Below are positions 39,709 to 52,000 of a DNA stretch of 64,000 nt, piece after piece; the stretch's first letter is position 1, and every line of letters begins with the position of its first letter. The stretch spans positions 162,004 through 226,003 of the forward strand of contig NMRA01000653.1 of the NCBI GenBank assembly GCA_002633005.1, written 5' to 3'. The notes under the pieces were generated by a model. It did not search any database, had not been told where the DNA came from, and saw only the letters and a list, made by a program, of their open reading frames with translations. The position numbers and the translations under genes are program-made. This DNA is from Phoronis australis (taxonomy: Eukaryota > Animalia > Phoronida).

Positions 39709-40569
39709 CTTTGAATTTATTTTACGAGGGTACAGTGTAATATACACAATGCATGTTTAGGAAAAAGTGCTAATACATTATGGTCTTCAAAGATTTTAAA
39801 ACCATCTCATTTATTGTTCAAGGGGGGCTTCCTATAATGGACAGCGGGTGCAGATTCAAAAGAATTTTAAAGAGAGTCCTAGGTTCAACCTTAACGATAT
39901 TGTGAGAAACGCCTTCACAGCTGTGGATGCAGAGTAGGTCTACTTTTTGGAAACGAGGATGAGATTAAAAATCGTGTTCCAACTTCAAAAGTTTATTACA
40001 TCTGAACTAACAGCAAACTCGGTATTATTTGTGATATGACTATATCCTGCAGTTTGCCACGAAGAACTGAATTCAGACTGTAATCTTTTGCAACTTACAT
40101 CTACACGTGAGGATACACACCGTGTTATTTTTTGTCTCTTGTTGAAAACTTTCTTTTTCAAGGAACTGGGGCTCGTTCAACGAGGGTGTGTAAGTTCAAA
40201 AATTGAGTTAATTTGAGCTCTGGATACAGATATTTTTCGAGAACTGGCGACTAATTGGATATGATTGCACTCACCGAGTCATTGGAATAGCTGATAACGT
40301 ACATAAAAAACACGTAACAATTTTATAAGTGGAACGGGAGCCTGTTTTGCTGAAATAACACAAGAATTTGAAGTAGGTTTTATTGAAAGTCGGTTGTATG
40401 GAACAAAAACGGCCAACCCCGAAGTCAGCGATAGTGTTTAGTATGTATTTTATGCTATGTAGCAAAAGAGTAAATATACCAAATTCCCTTATCTGTCCAC
40501 AACTACGCGTGAGGTTGACAGCGACCTGTAACACAAAAATGGATCTTCCAATATCTGTCTTTATATATG

Positions 40570-40575
<6 letters not shown>

Positions 40576-40650
<75 letters not shown>
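40576..40650 (+). repeat. (TG)n microsatellite
   Basis: Perfect dinucleotide run, seen directly. Confidence 0.97.
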
Positions 40651-40652
<2 letters not shown>

Positions 40653-41756
40653 CGGAATAACAAACACTGATAAATTATTTAACAGGTTTGATTTTATTGG
40701 AACAGTGATAGTTCTGTCATCTTTTAAAAGTTGTTTAAAACATGGGACTACGGCGCCACTACTGGCTCGCCCTTCTTAAACCCAACTTTTGTTGTTGCAC
40801 TGTAAAAGTGTGTCAACCTACCTGCAAATAAATGTGTTATTATATTTCCTTGAGCCACGTTGTCTTTAAGAAGTTGTCATTCGCCGCTCTGTAGAAGATT
40901 TGGGGCGCGCTTTTAGTCCAATGACCGATGTTTTGATGTTCTGTTGCACGCGCGGTGTTTCGTTTTGGGAAAGATATGACAGAACATCTCATGAAAGTGG
41001 CGCAACAATGCTTTGTAATGAGCGGGTTTGTTCGATGTCTTAAAGGCAGCCTGAAGTTTGCAAGAATTCGTCAGTAACACTACTTGTTGGGCGGAGCTAA
41101 CACGTGCGTCCAATAATCAGTGATGCCATGTTTCTAAGGTGTTCTCACAGAGTGACAAGAATCTCACTGTGACAGTCGAGCGTTAATTTCTCAGTAGTCA
41201 ACGAAAGGGTGAGCGCGTTTAGTTGATCTGTTAATTTCATATTTTGCCTCAACACAGTGTTTGTATGCAAGTGGTCGACAGACAGTTCCCATTAATGTTA
41301 ATATGAACAAATGTCAAATCATCTATCACATACGACTGTACGAAGGTCATAATTATTGACAAAGTTCAGAGCTGCCATACAGTTTTCTTTTATTATTTGT
41401 GTTTTCGAAATCTTTTCAGGTACAGAATGAATCCCTTCGATTTAGAAAAACCGAAAAAGTCTCCAAAAAGAGAAGACACGGCACATGATACATTCACTCA
41501 CTTACGCGTGAGCTATACGACACAATCACGCAGTTAGCGTCAGGGACGTTTAAGGTGCCTGTAAAGCAGTGTACAACAGAGTAGAGCACTGCAAAAGTAC
41601 GGTTTTACAGAAATAAAGACTACTTCTCAGTTAAACTGTATTATAAAATGAAAGAAGTCATTCTAAATGACAGAGTTTCACATATTGTAAATACACAGTT
41701 CCACTAAAACTTAGGCAGCGGAGCAAGAGCTATTTCTCATCAATTACAACAGGCAG

Positions 41757-42571
41757 GTGTTATTAGTGTCAAGTAGAGGTCCAACCGACACCACCATTGT
41801 GTCAACCAGTGGAACTTGCAACAAGAATTTGCCATTGTTCACTTTGGGTTATTTCCTAGGGGGTGAAGGAAGTAATTTCTTTCTATTACAAACTAGCAAT
41901 CAAGGCGAGGACATAAATGAGGATTATGAGGAACAACCGGAAAGAGATGTTGGTGAAAATAGTAGTGACGAGGTGATACAGATACCGGTACACAAGAGGG
42001 AGAAAATATAGGAAACGAGTCTTTTGTTGAGGTCATGGTCGATATAGAGGCGTACGCGAATGAGGAAGAGAGAGGTAATGCCGGTGATACAGAAGAGATA
42101 GAAAACAAAGCACTCTTCGGAGAGAGCATCGACGCCGGTTTTGAGGTGGCCGATGAAGGCAGGGAAATGATAAGTGGCATAGCAGAATATGCCAGGGTAC
42201 AAATACTCCCTTCTAAGCTGCTGGAAAAGATCGTTATTGAAAGCTTCCATGCAAATGTAAAATATACACTTTCGCTGTCGTTAGTGAGTACGGCGTTCTG
42301 TTACATTGTCCAAAAACACTTTGGCCAATACAATAGTCCTACTTGTGACCCTGAGATGTACCGATCATTGTATCCTGTGTACATCGGACCTGAAGTAGCC
42401 TACAAACTCGATGTTGGAAACTGGTACAATGATCTATATATTCAGCAGATTTTCAAAACAGCTGGAAAACACAGCGGTCTAAGTAAAGGAATCCGAAAGA
42501 TGTCCCGCAATAAAAAGTGGTGGCAAGCGTGGTTGTCGATTGGTCCTGCGATCAGCTGCGGGCAAGACTAG
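41757..42571 (+). pseudogene. Frameshifted ORF of unknown family inside the 4.25-kb element
   Basis: Two adjacent ORFs in different frames (41757-42011, 42035-42571) share an acidic low-complexity style, followed by a globular-looking segment; family not recognised. Confidence 0.35.
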
Positions 42572-44339
42572 TACCACATAAGAAAAATATACTGAAAATG
42601 AACGTCTTATGTGGTCTTCATTAGCTGGGTAAATACCAATTGACAAAAATGGGACTTTACAGTCTACGTTACACAAAATATTTGTATTGTTTAAGGAATT
42701 TTGAGTTTTAGTTTGTTTGGAGTGCCTCTCTGATAGCGTTCCAGTAGGCAAGTGGAATTCTTTGAACAAAAACGATACCCACACGTCACATCTTTAATTT
42801 TTGATAAGTGCTTATTTTGAAATATAGATATGTGGTGAACTTCATGCTTTGTTTAATTTGTTTTGGTCAAATAAACACGTTTCCATAAACTGAACTTCAG
42901 TAATGTTTTCAGTTGGCGTTTACATGAACGTCTACAATGAATTTATGCGACATGGGTCTATGTTGCTGTATGACGCCTTTTCATGAGCATGTGTACATTT
43001 TACAGTAAAAGCTGAATTGTGACAAATAATTCCTGTCGTAATTACTGCGCGTTGTCCAATCACCTACAGTAGATCTCATTGATCACAATAACGTAGAGGG
43101 CACTTGAATCATTTTCTTTCTAACGAAGCACGTCAGGGGTTTAGCTCACAGGACGAGTCTTCATGTAGGCTACGTGCATTTTATTGCATGCTAATTCACT
43201 ATGAAGACGTACATGTACACGGCAGAATCCCTTCGAGCATACAAAAGTTGTTAAAAACACGTTATTGTTGACGGTTATATAGCGGGTGTGCATCAAGGTA
43301 CAGTAGCCAAACTTCCACCCTCGTGTACCATTGTACAGAAATCAAGATTTTCATTGGAAAGCAGTGCTATCACTGAAGAGGCCACCCTCATTTTAAATAT
43401 CACAATAATAAATAAACAAAAATAAATAAATAAATAAAAATGAAATCGCGTCAAGTTCTGCAACACGAATACCTACGAAATTGTTACATTTTACGGCGTA
43501 TCAGCTCCTACGTGGGTCTTTCATAGCGAACAATCTTGAAGAATATTTCTCCTAGATTTCTTGGCACAAATCCCGACCAAAACAATGGTGTAACCCCGGG
43601 GTTGTGACTATTTTAGAACATAGAGTTTCAAAATGTTAAAATAGACCAGTGTGGTATAATATAAAAATAGGCTGTCACGAGAATATGAACTATGTGGTTA
43701 AAACTCGCTTTTTGTTTCACTCTTGGCGGATTAGATATAACTTGCTGTGAAACAAATCGGTTAAAATTTTGTGCTAATGTGAGGAGCCCTGACCCTTCAG
43801 TTTTTACAATTCTTGTACTTCTGTGGTAACAATTGTTTGCATGCAGAAACGGAATTTCGTCGATGATTTAGTGGTTGATTTAGGGGGGAGCGAAGGGCCA
43901 ATGCCATCCCCCCACCGTCTTCTCCCAGATTGCATTTGGCAGTTTGGAGGTGCGAATGTTTGACGGGCAAAATCTTGGCTAAATTTCTGTCTTGCACAAC
44001 ACCCCACCAAACTCATCCGCTGCTGTAATTCGTCATTTCACTTCCTGTTGTTTTGAAATGGTAGCATCATCAAGGTCAGTTTACACATTTGTGTCAATAA
44101 TTAATAGGAACGTACAGAACCTTGAAAGTTTGTGAAGTTAGCGGATTTTTCACATGAAAGGTTAACGAAATCAAATTTTAAACCCATTAGCACCTAAGCA
44201 CAAAGCATCAGCGATCGAATCAAAATGAACTGGAAGTGACAAAAACAGTCACTTCATATTGAATAAGATTAATTACACGCTTCACGTACACTTCATAACA
44301 TTCGAAACATGTCCTATTTTTTCAAAATGACATCAGTAG

Positions 44340-44649
44340 CAGTGGCGAATTTAGGGGGGGGGGGCAAGGGGGCCATGCCCCCCCTAAAAGTCTACCAGAT
44401 ACCATTTAGGAGTGCGGGTGCAAATTGCTGACCCGCACATGCGTGCAACCAGGGGGGTAAATAAACAATGCATGGGCTCTGAAGAAATCCCGTTTACCGT
44501 TTTTTTTGTTTTTTTAGTCAACAGGTCCGTAAACCCAAAAATTCGAGCCCCCTGCATCCCCAAATTTGAGACTGGCTGCGCGCATCTGCCGAAATTCTGG
44601 TTATTCCTGTGCCCTGCCCCCCCAACTCAAAGTCCTGGATCCGCCCCTG
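44340..44649 (+). mobile_element. MITE of the same CAGTGGCG family, right-arm-specific, 5-bp TSD
   Basis: cagtggcgaatttagg...cctggatccgcccctg flanked by agtag/agtag (44335-44339, 44650-44654); empty site in the left arm at ~19841-19860. Confidence 0.85.
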
Positions 44650-45979
44650 AGTAGCATCAGCAATGGTAAATTCCTGCAGCGTATCATCTTCCTACATGAG
44701 CGGCAGACGAGGGGGGCAGGGGTGTTTGAGGTCCCACATTATCCAAAAACGCCCAGGTAAATTTCCCTACGTTATGCTGTGCCAAAATACTATACTTTTA
44801 TTTTCTTGGTACCCAGTCTCTCGTTCAGTAACGCTAGAACCTCGCTAAAAAGCAAAACTTCGCGAGATTACGTGAGATATTGCCGTACATTTTAAATTAG
44901 AACACGTGACTTTGGCTAATAAAATGAACTCTTAGTTCCTGTTGATGTTCATTGCATATTTCACTGGACTGTAGCACAATTTTGTTTATTTAAATAGCAA
45001 CTCTCAATCTATTCACTATTTACGGATTCAGTGTACATAATCTTGACAGTGCTAATTAATGAAACGCGTACCATAAATTACTAAAAGATTAATCGTTCAA
45101 ATGTTTAAAACGGGTCTATTTTTACAATCCCAATTTCCACTTGTCCTACGGTCCACGAGTTCAGAGGTTTACTAGTTAAAGGTAGACAAATTCGAAGTTC
45201 CATAAGTCCAAAGATGCACACTAGACCGAAAGAACACATGTCAATTTAACCGAATGCTCGGCAGCGTGAAAGTTCATAAGAACGAAATTTAAAAAGTTAG
45301 TTTTAATTGACTTGATCATTCACAAAAAAGATGACCGACACAAGGTTCCGAACAGTAATTTCCAAAACGTTCGGCAATTAGTGCAGGCAAGCGAAAGGTC
45401 CGGCTGAAACAAATATGTCAATGAGCGAGTGCCAAATGTTCCAAACGATGTTCGACATTATGTACTGAGTTTTCACTGTTGTTTTTAAACTTTCACTGCC
45501 CCGCAATATAGATTACTGCCGCGCTGCCGAGGACTTCACGATACTAATTTTTGGACAAATGGACTCTCGAATTTATGAACTTCCTGGCGTATGTTAGGCT
45601 CACGAACAGTCGTACTTTGTCGGACTAGTAAATTTCGTACCCATGCTCTTCAATATAGCTCTCATATTTTCTCTATGTGTTATATCGCAGCTTTGTGTGA
45701 CCAATGGGTGTGCCCCTTTCCCCCATTCCCAACTTAAAGGTCGCTTCCGCCATCCATGACCTGCGACGTTACTTGGTGGTGTGACGCCAATCTGCTTAAC
45801 AACACATGGGCCCATGACTCCCGTATGTGACTATTGTCAACTCTATGCACTTTGTAGGAACAGTTAATACCAAAGAGATGTCAAAATCCTTTGTCGTTAA
45901 AAATCAGCTAACTATTTGAGCAAAATATAATGTTTAAATCATTTTCTTATTTTTCAGAAAGTTGAACAAATTTACTCAC

Positions 45980-47798
45980 TCGTTGGTACTGAGAAAACAA
46001 GCGTATTCCCCTCTGTCATTTTAACGAGCAGTGTATCAACTTCCTCTGGGGTGCATATTTCGTCCATGAGCAATTTCTCCAACAGTCTTCCCTTCAGCTT
46101 GTTTGGTAAGGTACATTCACCCACTAGTGTTGTCGTGGTGGTGGTTGAATACAGAAAATAGTAGAGAATTTCGGCGAGCCCACAGTTGCACGTTAACTTG
46201 TTACCTTGCAGCGACACGCGCTCAAGAAGATAGTGTTTTGGTAAGAAATGTTCTGGAACCTCTGTGAAACGATTGAACGCAAGATTCAACTCGTGCAGGT
46301 AAGTACAGGTCTCCAAAAATGAGCTGGAAAAAGCTCCGATGTCATTGTGCTGCAGATACAGGTACGCCAGATCCGTGAGTTCTCTAAAAATATGTGAGTC
46401 TGCGTTACTTACTGCGTTGTGAGACATATCCAGAATGCGCAAGTTTTCTAATCCTATAAATGCATCTCTGTCGACCTCCGTGATTTTGTTGTGCTTCAGG
46501 TCCAGATTATTGAGAAACCACATGTTTTGGAAAAGAGCAGGAGGTAGGATCTCAATGGAGTTATATGATAAATTGATAGCTACCAAGGAACTTTTCGAAT
46601 GCGCAAAGGAGAATGGGGAGAGCGTTTTTAGCGCGTTGTTACTTAGATTCAGCTCTTCCAGAGAGCGCAGTCCGCTGAACGATTCATCGTCAATTGACTT
46701 TATTTTATTGAAACTAAGGTCAAGATATCTGATATCACTGAGACCTTGAAAGCATGACCCAACCAGCGAGTCCAAGCCACAATTCGATAGGTCGACGTAG
46801 TCCAGTTTGGTGAGGCCTTGAAGAAGTTTTGTGTCCACATTAATAACACGATGAAGAATAAGTTTTTCCAAAGACTGGAGGTTGTTAAAGATTTCCACCG
46901 GAAGATGGGCAGGAGCGTCTATCTCTATCTCCTGGACTGTACTTGGTTCCGTGGGGGTAGGTGGTTTCGGTAATCCAAGATTTTGTAGAATCTTGTAAAA
47001 TTGTAGGAGTTCTGGAGAGACGTTGGTGACACTTGACTGAAATAACTTCTTCGGTAGACTTAAACTGGAGTCACTCGTAATACGGACCATCTCCAGCATG
47101 CTGAGTTTTGAGAAAATCTTTTCAGGAAGTTGGCTTAACTGCGATCCAGATATTCTGATCTCCTTCAAAGTTTTTTCACAGGGATTGAAAAGATTTGCCG
47201 GAATAGTTTTCAAATTATTCCCGGTGATTTCTATGCTGTTTAAAGACATCCCAGTGAAAAGTTCCTCTGGGATCTCAGTCTGGTTTGTAGTGAACGACAA
47301 AATACGTAATTTTGTCAGATTCGCAAATACTCCCTGAGGAATACTTCTTACCATCACACCATCCATTTGCCGTAGGTGGCCTAGTGTTGCAAATATCTCC
47401 ACCCCCAGCCCGGTTAACAGATTACCGGCTAGGTTCAAGTACTGCAAAACTGTTGCGTTCTTAAATACGTCTTCCGGTAGGTAATCAATTTTGTTGTACT
47501 TCAAGTTGAGAGATTTAATCGCATGGTAACTTTTAAACTGCTCCGCATCAATTTCCCGGATATTGTTAAAACTTGCATCAATTGCCTCTACGTCTTCCGG
47601 TAGAGTATCTGGTAGGATTTCGAGCCCCCGGAAACTGCAGTTGGCATATCGCATCCTTCGTTTGATGTGTTCGAAATATTCGATTTTACAGTAGCACTTC
47701 CCACAGTCTGGGCGCGGCCAGCTGGTTGATCTAGCTTCTACAGCAGCTAAATATCCACAAAATAACACCACATAAGCCAGCCGAGTGATTGTTTCCAT
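45980..47798 (-). CDS. LRR-mucin-TM receptor copy B, coding exon 1 (signal peptide, LRRNT, LRR array, LRRCT)
   Basis: Intact 608-codon ORF paralogous to copy A; same upstream acceptor and A|GTGAGT donor at 45980/45979 (phase 1). Confidence 0.92.
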
Positions 47799-49152
47799 AC
47801 TTCTGTATAATTAGCTGAAAATGAAGCAAAGTATAATAAAATTTGACGGATCCCTCCAAGGCAAATAAAGGTCTCTGTCCCGTATTTTATAACTAGACAT
47901 ATAGGTTTTCCAGCCTGTATAGCAATTGATTGCAAAATACACGCTCATTTGATACAACATTCATCATTTTTGTACGAATTTATCATGTATATATAGTAAT
48001 AATGTACACGACAACGTCCCACGGAAATAGACTTAGCATCGAATAAGCATGCTTCTTACCACCGTTGTTTACATGTTATGTTGTTAGTCAAGCCTTAAGG
48101 TGACACATTAGGTTTTATGGCTGAAAATGCAATTTTGGATTATTGTTGGATAGGGTAGCCTTTTTGAAGTTATTAGTTTTCACCAGAGCTCTAAAACAAC
48201 AAAATCTAACGTTTTCTCATTTTATTACAAATCGCCAATTCTTGCGGTTTTCTTTTTAAGTTCTTGCATGTTAAAAATGATTCAAAGTAGTCCACTACCA
48301 GGAATACTACTACTTCGGTCTCGGTCGATACGAGGAATAATGTCTCGAGGGACATTACTTCATGTATGCCACTCTCGGCACGTTTTGTGTATTTATACCA
48401 CAATATTAGCCTCGAATGGCAAATACAACCATGTAATAATCCATTTAGTTATCTCACTTGTGAAATAACCATAAACCGGGCGCGCGCCACTCAGATACAT
48501 GCAGCTCGCGTTGTCAATATGACGCCATATTGGAGAGTGTTACACAGGACGAAAATGGCAGAAAACAGTGGGAGCCCTACAGCATCGGTCAGAAAATCGG
48601 CGGGCTTGCAGCCAAAGATTTAAATTTTTGGGCCCCGCCTTTGAGTCATGGGTTTTTTGGTTCGGCCATGGAGTTTAGAGGTGCTGTCACTAGGCTTTTA
48701 TGTTCTGCTACCTTAGTTTAAGCCGAGCGATTATGCGTTGTTTCCACATCAATCTTGGTGATTGAGACCATGCAAGATACATATTGACCAAAATATGCTG
48801 TTATCCAATGATGATAATTGTACTTAAGTAAAAATTTGGTATCAATGACAATCATATGTATTTTTACTTGTTCTGAAAAATAACATCCCCGAACTTACTT
48901 GCTAGCAATCAGTGCATCTAAGGGAATAATGTTTTCTCTGTTGAAATATATTCTGCCTTAAAAACTCAATTCTTAATAACACAACAACAATTGCAGGCGG
49001 TCTGATACACGTTGTACCAGACGTGCGCAGGCCTCGCATATGGGCCCATTCCACTGATCACCTGGAACTACTATTTTTATGCTTTATTAATATATGGTCA
49101 AAACCGAGCTGGGGAGCTAGAAACCTGGCTCAAGGGTTTAGCAGTATGACCT

Positions 49153-49220
49153 GGTGGGACATGAACCCACGACCTCGAGTAAAGAAAGCGGGCACTTATC
49201 AACCAGGACACACTGCTTCC
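49153..49220 (-). mobile_element. tRNA-derived SINE head (degenerate)
   Basis: Minus strand ggaagcagtgtgtcctggttgataag...ggtcgtgggttcatgtcccacc has A-box-like and B-box-like motifs at tRNA spacing; no full cloverleaf. Confidence 0.4.
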
Positions 49221-49637
49221 TAATAATATTCCAAAATCATATTTCTTCTGTTGTATTAAAACAAACATATCCCTGCAAAATCTGTACTTTTGTTAAAGTT
49301 GATATTGGAAATTGTGTGGATTTGCACTGCTTGCTTACGAGCTCTTTGTTTTGTGTCTCAAAACTTGCGCAAAAAAGTAAAGTGCATAGTAATCAAAATA
49401 TCAAACCTGTACGACTGAATTGCTCATCCGACCTATACCCAAAATACAGAATTTCCCACTCGAAGCCGAGTGGAATTATACCCAACCGAGCCGGTGTAGC
49501 ATTAAATAATGACCCAGTAAAAATGACCCCGGCTTGTTTTTTCATAGGGTCTAAATTTTATGTGAAGAACTTTTAGTCCATGAAAAAATGACCTCACGAC
49601 TGTGAAAACCCGCCCCGTCATTATTCAACGGTTCCAG

Positions 49638-50574
49638 NNNNNNNNNNNNNNNNNNNNNNNNNNNNNNNNNNNNNNNNNNNNNNNNNNNNNNNNNNNNNNN
49701 NNNNNNNNNNNNNNNNNNNNNNNNNNNNNNNNNNNNNNNNNNNNNNNNNNNNNNNNNNNNNNNNNNNNNNNNNNNNNNNNNNNNNNNNNNNNNNNNNNNN
49801 NNNNNNNNNNNNNNNNNNNNNNNNNNNNNNNNNNNNNNNNNNNNNNNNNNNNNNNNNNNNNNNNNNNNNNNNNNNNNNNNNNNNNNNNNNNNNNNNNNNN
49901 NNNNNNNNNNNNNNNNNNNNNNNNNNNNNNNNNNNNNNNNNNNNNNNNNNNNNNNNNNNNNNNNNNNNNNNNNNNNNNNNNNNNNNNNNNNNNNNNNNNN
50001 NNNNNNNNNNNNNNNNNNNNNNNNNNNNNNNNNNNNNNNNNNNNNNNNNNNNNNNNNNNNNNNNNNNNNNNNNNNNNNNNNNNNNNNNNNNNNNNNNNNN
50101 NNNNNNNNNNNNNNNNNNNNNNNNNNNNNNNNNNNNNNNNNNNNNNNNNNNNNNNNNNNNNNNNNNNNNNNNNNNNNNNNNNNNNNNNNNNNNNNNNNNN
50201 NNNNNNNNNNNNNNNNNNNNNNNNNNNNNNNNNNNNNNNNNNNNNNNNNNNNNNNNNNNNNNNNNNNNNNNNNNNNNNNNNNNNNNNNNNNNNNNNNNNN
50301 NNNNNNNNNNNNNNNNNNNNNNNNNNNNNNNNNNNNNNNNNNNNNNNNNNNNNNNNNNNNNNNNNNNNNNNNNNNNNNNNNNNNNNNNNNNNNNNNNNNN
50401 NNNNNNNNNNNNNNNNNNNNNNNNNNNNNNNNNNNNNNNNNNNNNNNNNNNNNNNNNNNNNNNNNNNNNNNNNNNNNNNNNNNNNNNNNNNNNNNNNNNN
50501 NNNNNNNNNNNNNNNNNNNNNNNNNNNNNNNNNNNNNNNNNNNNNNNNNNNNNNNNNNNNNNNNNNNNNNNNNN
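49638..50574. other. Assembly gap
   Basis: Run of N. Confidence 1.
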
Positions 50575-51103
50575 ACCTGACGGCAGACGGAGGTGTTGAA
50601 ATTATCCAATATATCGGTTTCACACGCTGTCTGTTCAGCAGTTCAAAACACGGGTTACTGGTGTCAGCTCATCGCTTGAAGTCATCGTTTAACACCAATA
50701 AATCATCAAACTTCGATGTAAAACCCTTAAAAATACACCGAGTTCTTTTATTTCGCTATTACGGATTTATTGGTATTTGGACACATCGTAGCCTACAAAG
50801 TTCGGCAGGCCAATAAGATCCGTAGCAGGAGTTTGGGGTCTGTTCGGACTCTCGAGGAAGTAAAAAAACGATATACCCGCTTTCCTCGCAGCTGCTTAGT
50901 TCGGACAAGCGGGAACGATGCACCGCAACATAGCGGCATTCAATCTGCATATGAACCACTGATGTCGCTAGCGTCGTTTCTCACCTTCCTCAGAGGTTAA
51001 CGCGACACCTCTTGGCAAGGTAAGATCGACCGTGTACGAGGCGATGTGGATATAGACTGATTAAGACGGCGAAAAGACTAATTAAATCGGGTGGCATCCT
51101 CCT
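50575..51103 (-). mobile_element. Kolobok/THAP-remnant element (copy C), internally deleted, left end in the gap
   Basis: Shares sequence with copies B and D; ends aaatcgggtggcatcctcct. Confidence 0.75.
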
Positions 51104-52000
51104 TTATGTCCATTCTGGCAATTAGGGTTGGAGTCCCAGCTCTCTTATGTTCGATAGTTTCTCTAATCTCCAATAAGATCATATCTTATTGATTCACTGG
51201 GCTGTGGCCGTTAAAAATAGGTTCAATTATAAAATGTTTGAACATAAACCAATGACATTTCTGAATTCCCCATCAAATACTGCATGGTCATGCTTAAAGT
51301 TTTTGAATCGCCAAAATCGCCCAACTATACAATCGAAGTTAAGACTATCACACGCTCATAACAGCTGTACATATGGTAAAGTCACCGGGAACGGGAGAAC
51401 GCCCAAGCGAACTTTAAAAGCCTGTCATTTATCTATATGACTCCAATGAGGTCATTTTTCACAGTAGTTCACATTAAATTTAGACCCCCTTCCATTAAAT
51501 GCGACCTGGGGTCATTTTCAATACTGAAAACTACGTAAGGCTTATTGGGGCACAACAAAAGTACGTCCCAAGTAAGCAGCACGTCTCCTGGATATATTGT
51601 ATTTGCATCGAGCGACTCGAATTAAATGATAAATTTGCACGTTCTTAATGGTTTCTCTTGAAAAACGAAAAAATAAAACGCCCACAGTGGATAATAAGCC
51701 TGCAGCCGCTCAGACAATTCGAGAATCTGTCACTTGTTCCGATCTTCTGTTAGTTTGATATTTTCCCTATCGACTGATTAACAGTTAACGCATGTAAGTG
51801 TTGCTTCACATGTTTTTTTTATGTTTCTGGAAAAAATCATACTCTCCCTCCTCTTTGTGTGTTAGATATCGTGCTTTGAAAAGGCAATTTGCCCCGTTTG
51901 TTTACACGGCAATTAGCCGTGTCACGTGACTAGTAACACTCTCCAATATGGCGTCAAGTTGTCAGCTGCAGTAACGCGTGCGCCCGGTCTATAGTATTAA

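Larger units (their letters stand above)
39253..43503. mobile_element. 4.25-kb TIR DNA transposon in the intron of copy B
   Basis: ~30-bp TIRs tgatacgccgtaaaaattaacaatttcgta / tacgaaattgttacattttacggcgtatca; subterminal tgttacattttacg-like repeats at ~39295-39432; imperfect TSD gcta/gctc; empty site at ~21031-21056. Confidence 0.8.
48470..51994. mobile_element. Probable nested TIR element with outer inverted ends and inner AAAATGACCCC-type inverted repeats
   Basis: accgggcgcgcg...tgacgccatattggagagtgttac (48470-48543) is the inverted counterpart of gtaacactctccaatatggcgtca...cgcccggtctatag (51933-51994); a second inverted pair lies at ~49519-49596 / ~51448-51520. No TSD found; spans a gap. 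Confidence 0.5.

Noticed and set aside
39710-40560. Possible decayed LINE (L1/Tx1-like) 3' end on the minus strand with a (TAA)n tail
   Set aside because: Only a vague resemblance, with many stops; not supportable without a profile search.
49551-50816. Long ORFs of 332-404 aa
   Set aside because: Artefacts of translating through the N gap.
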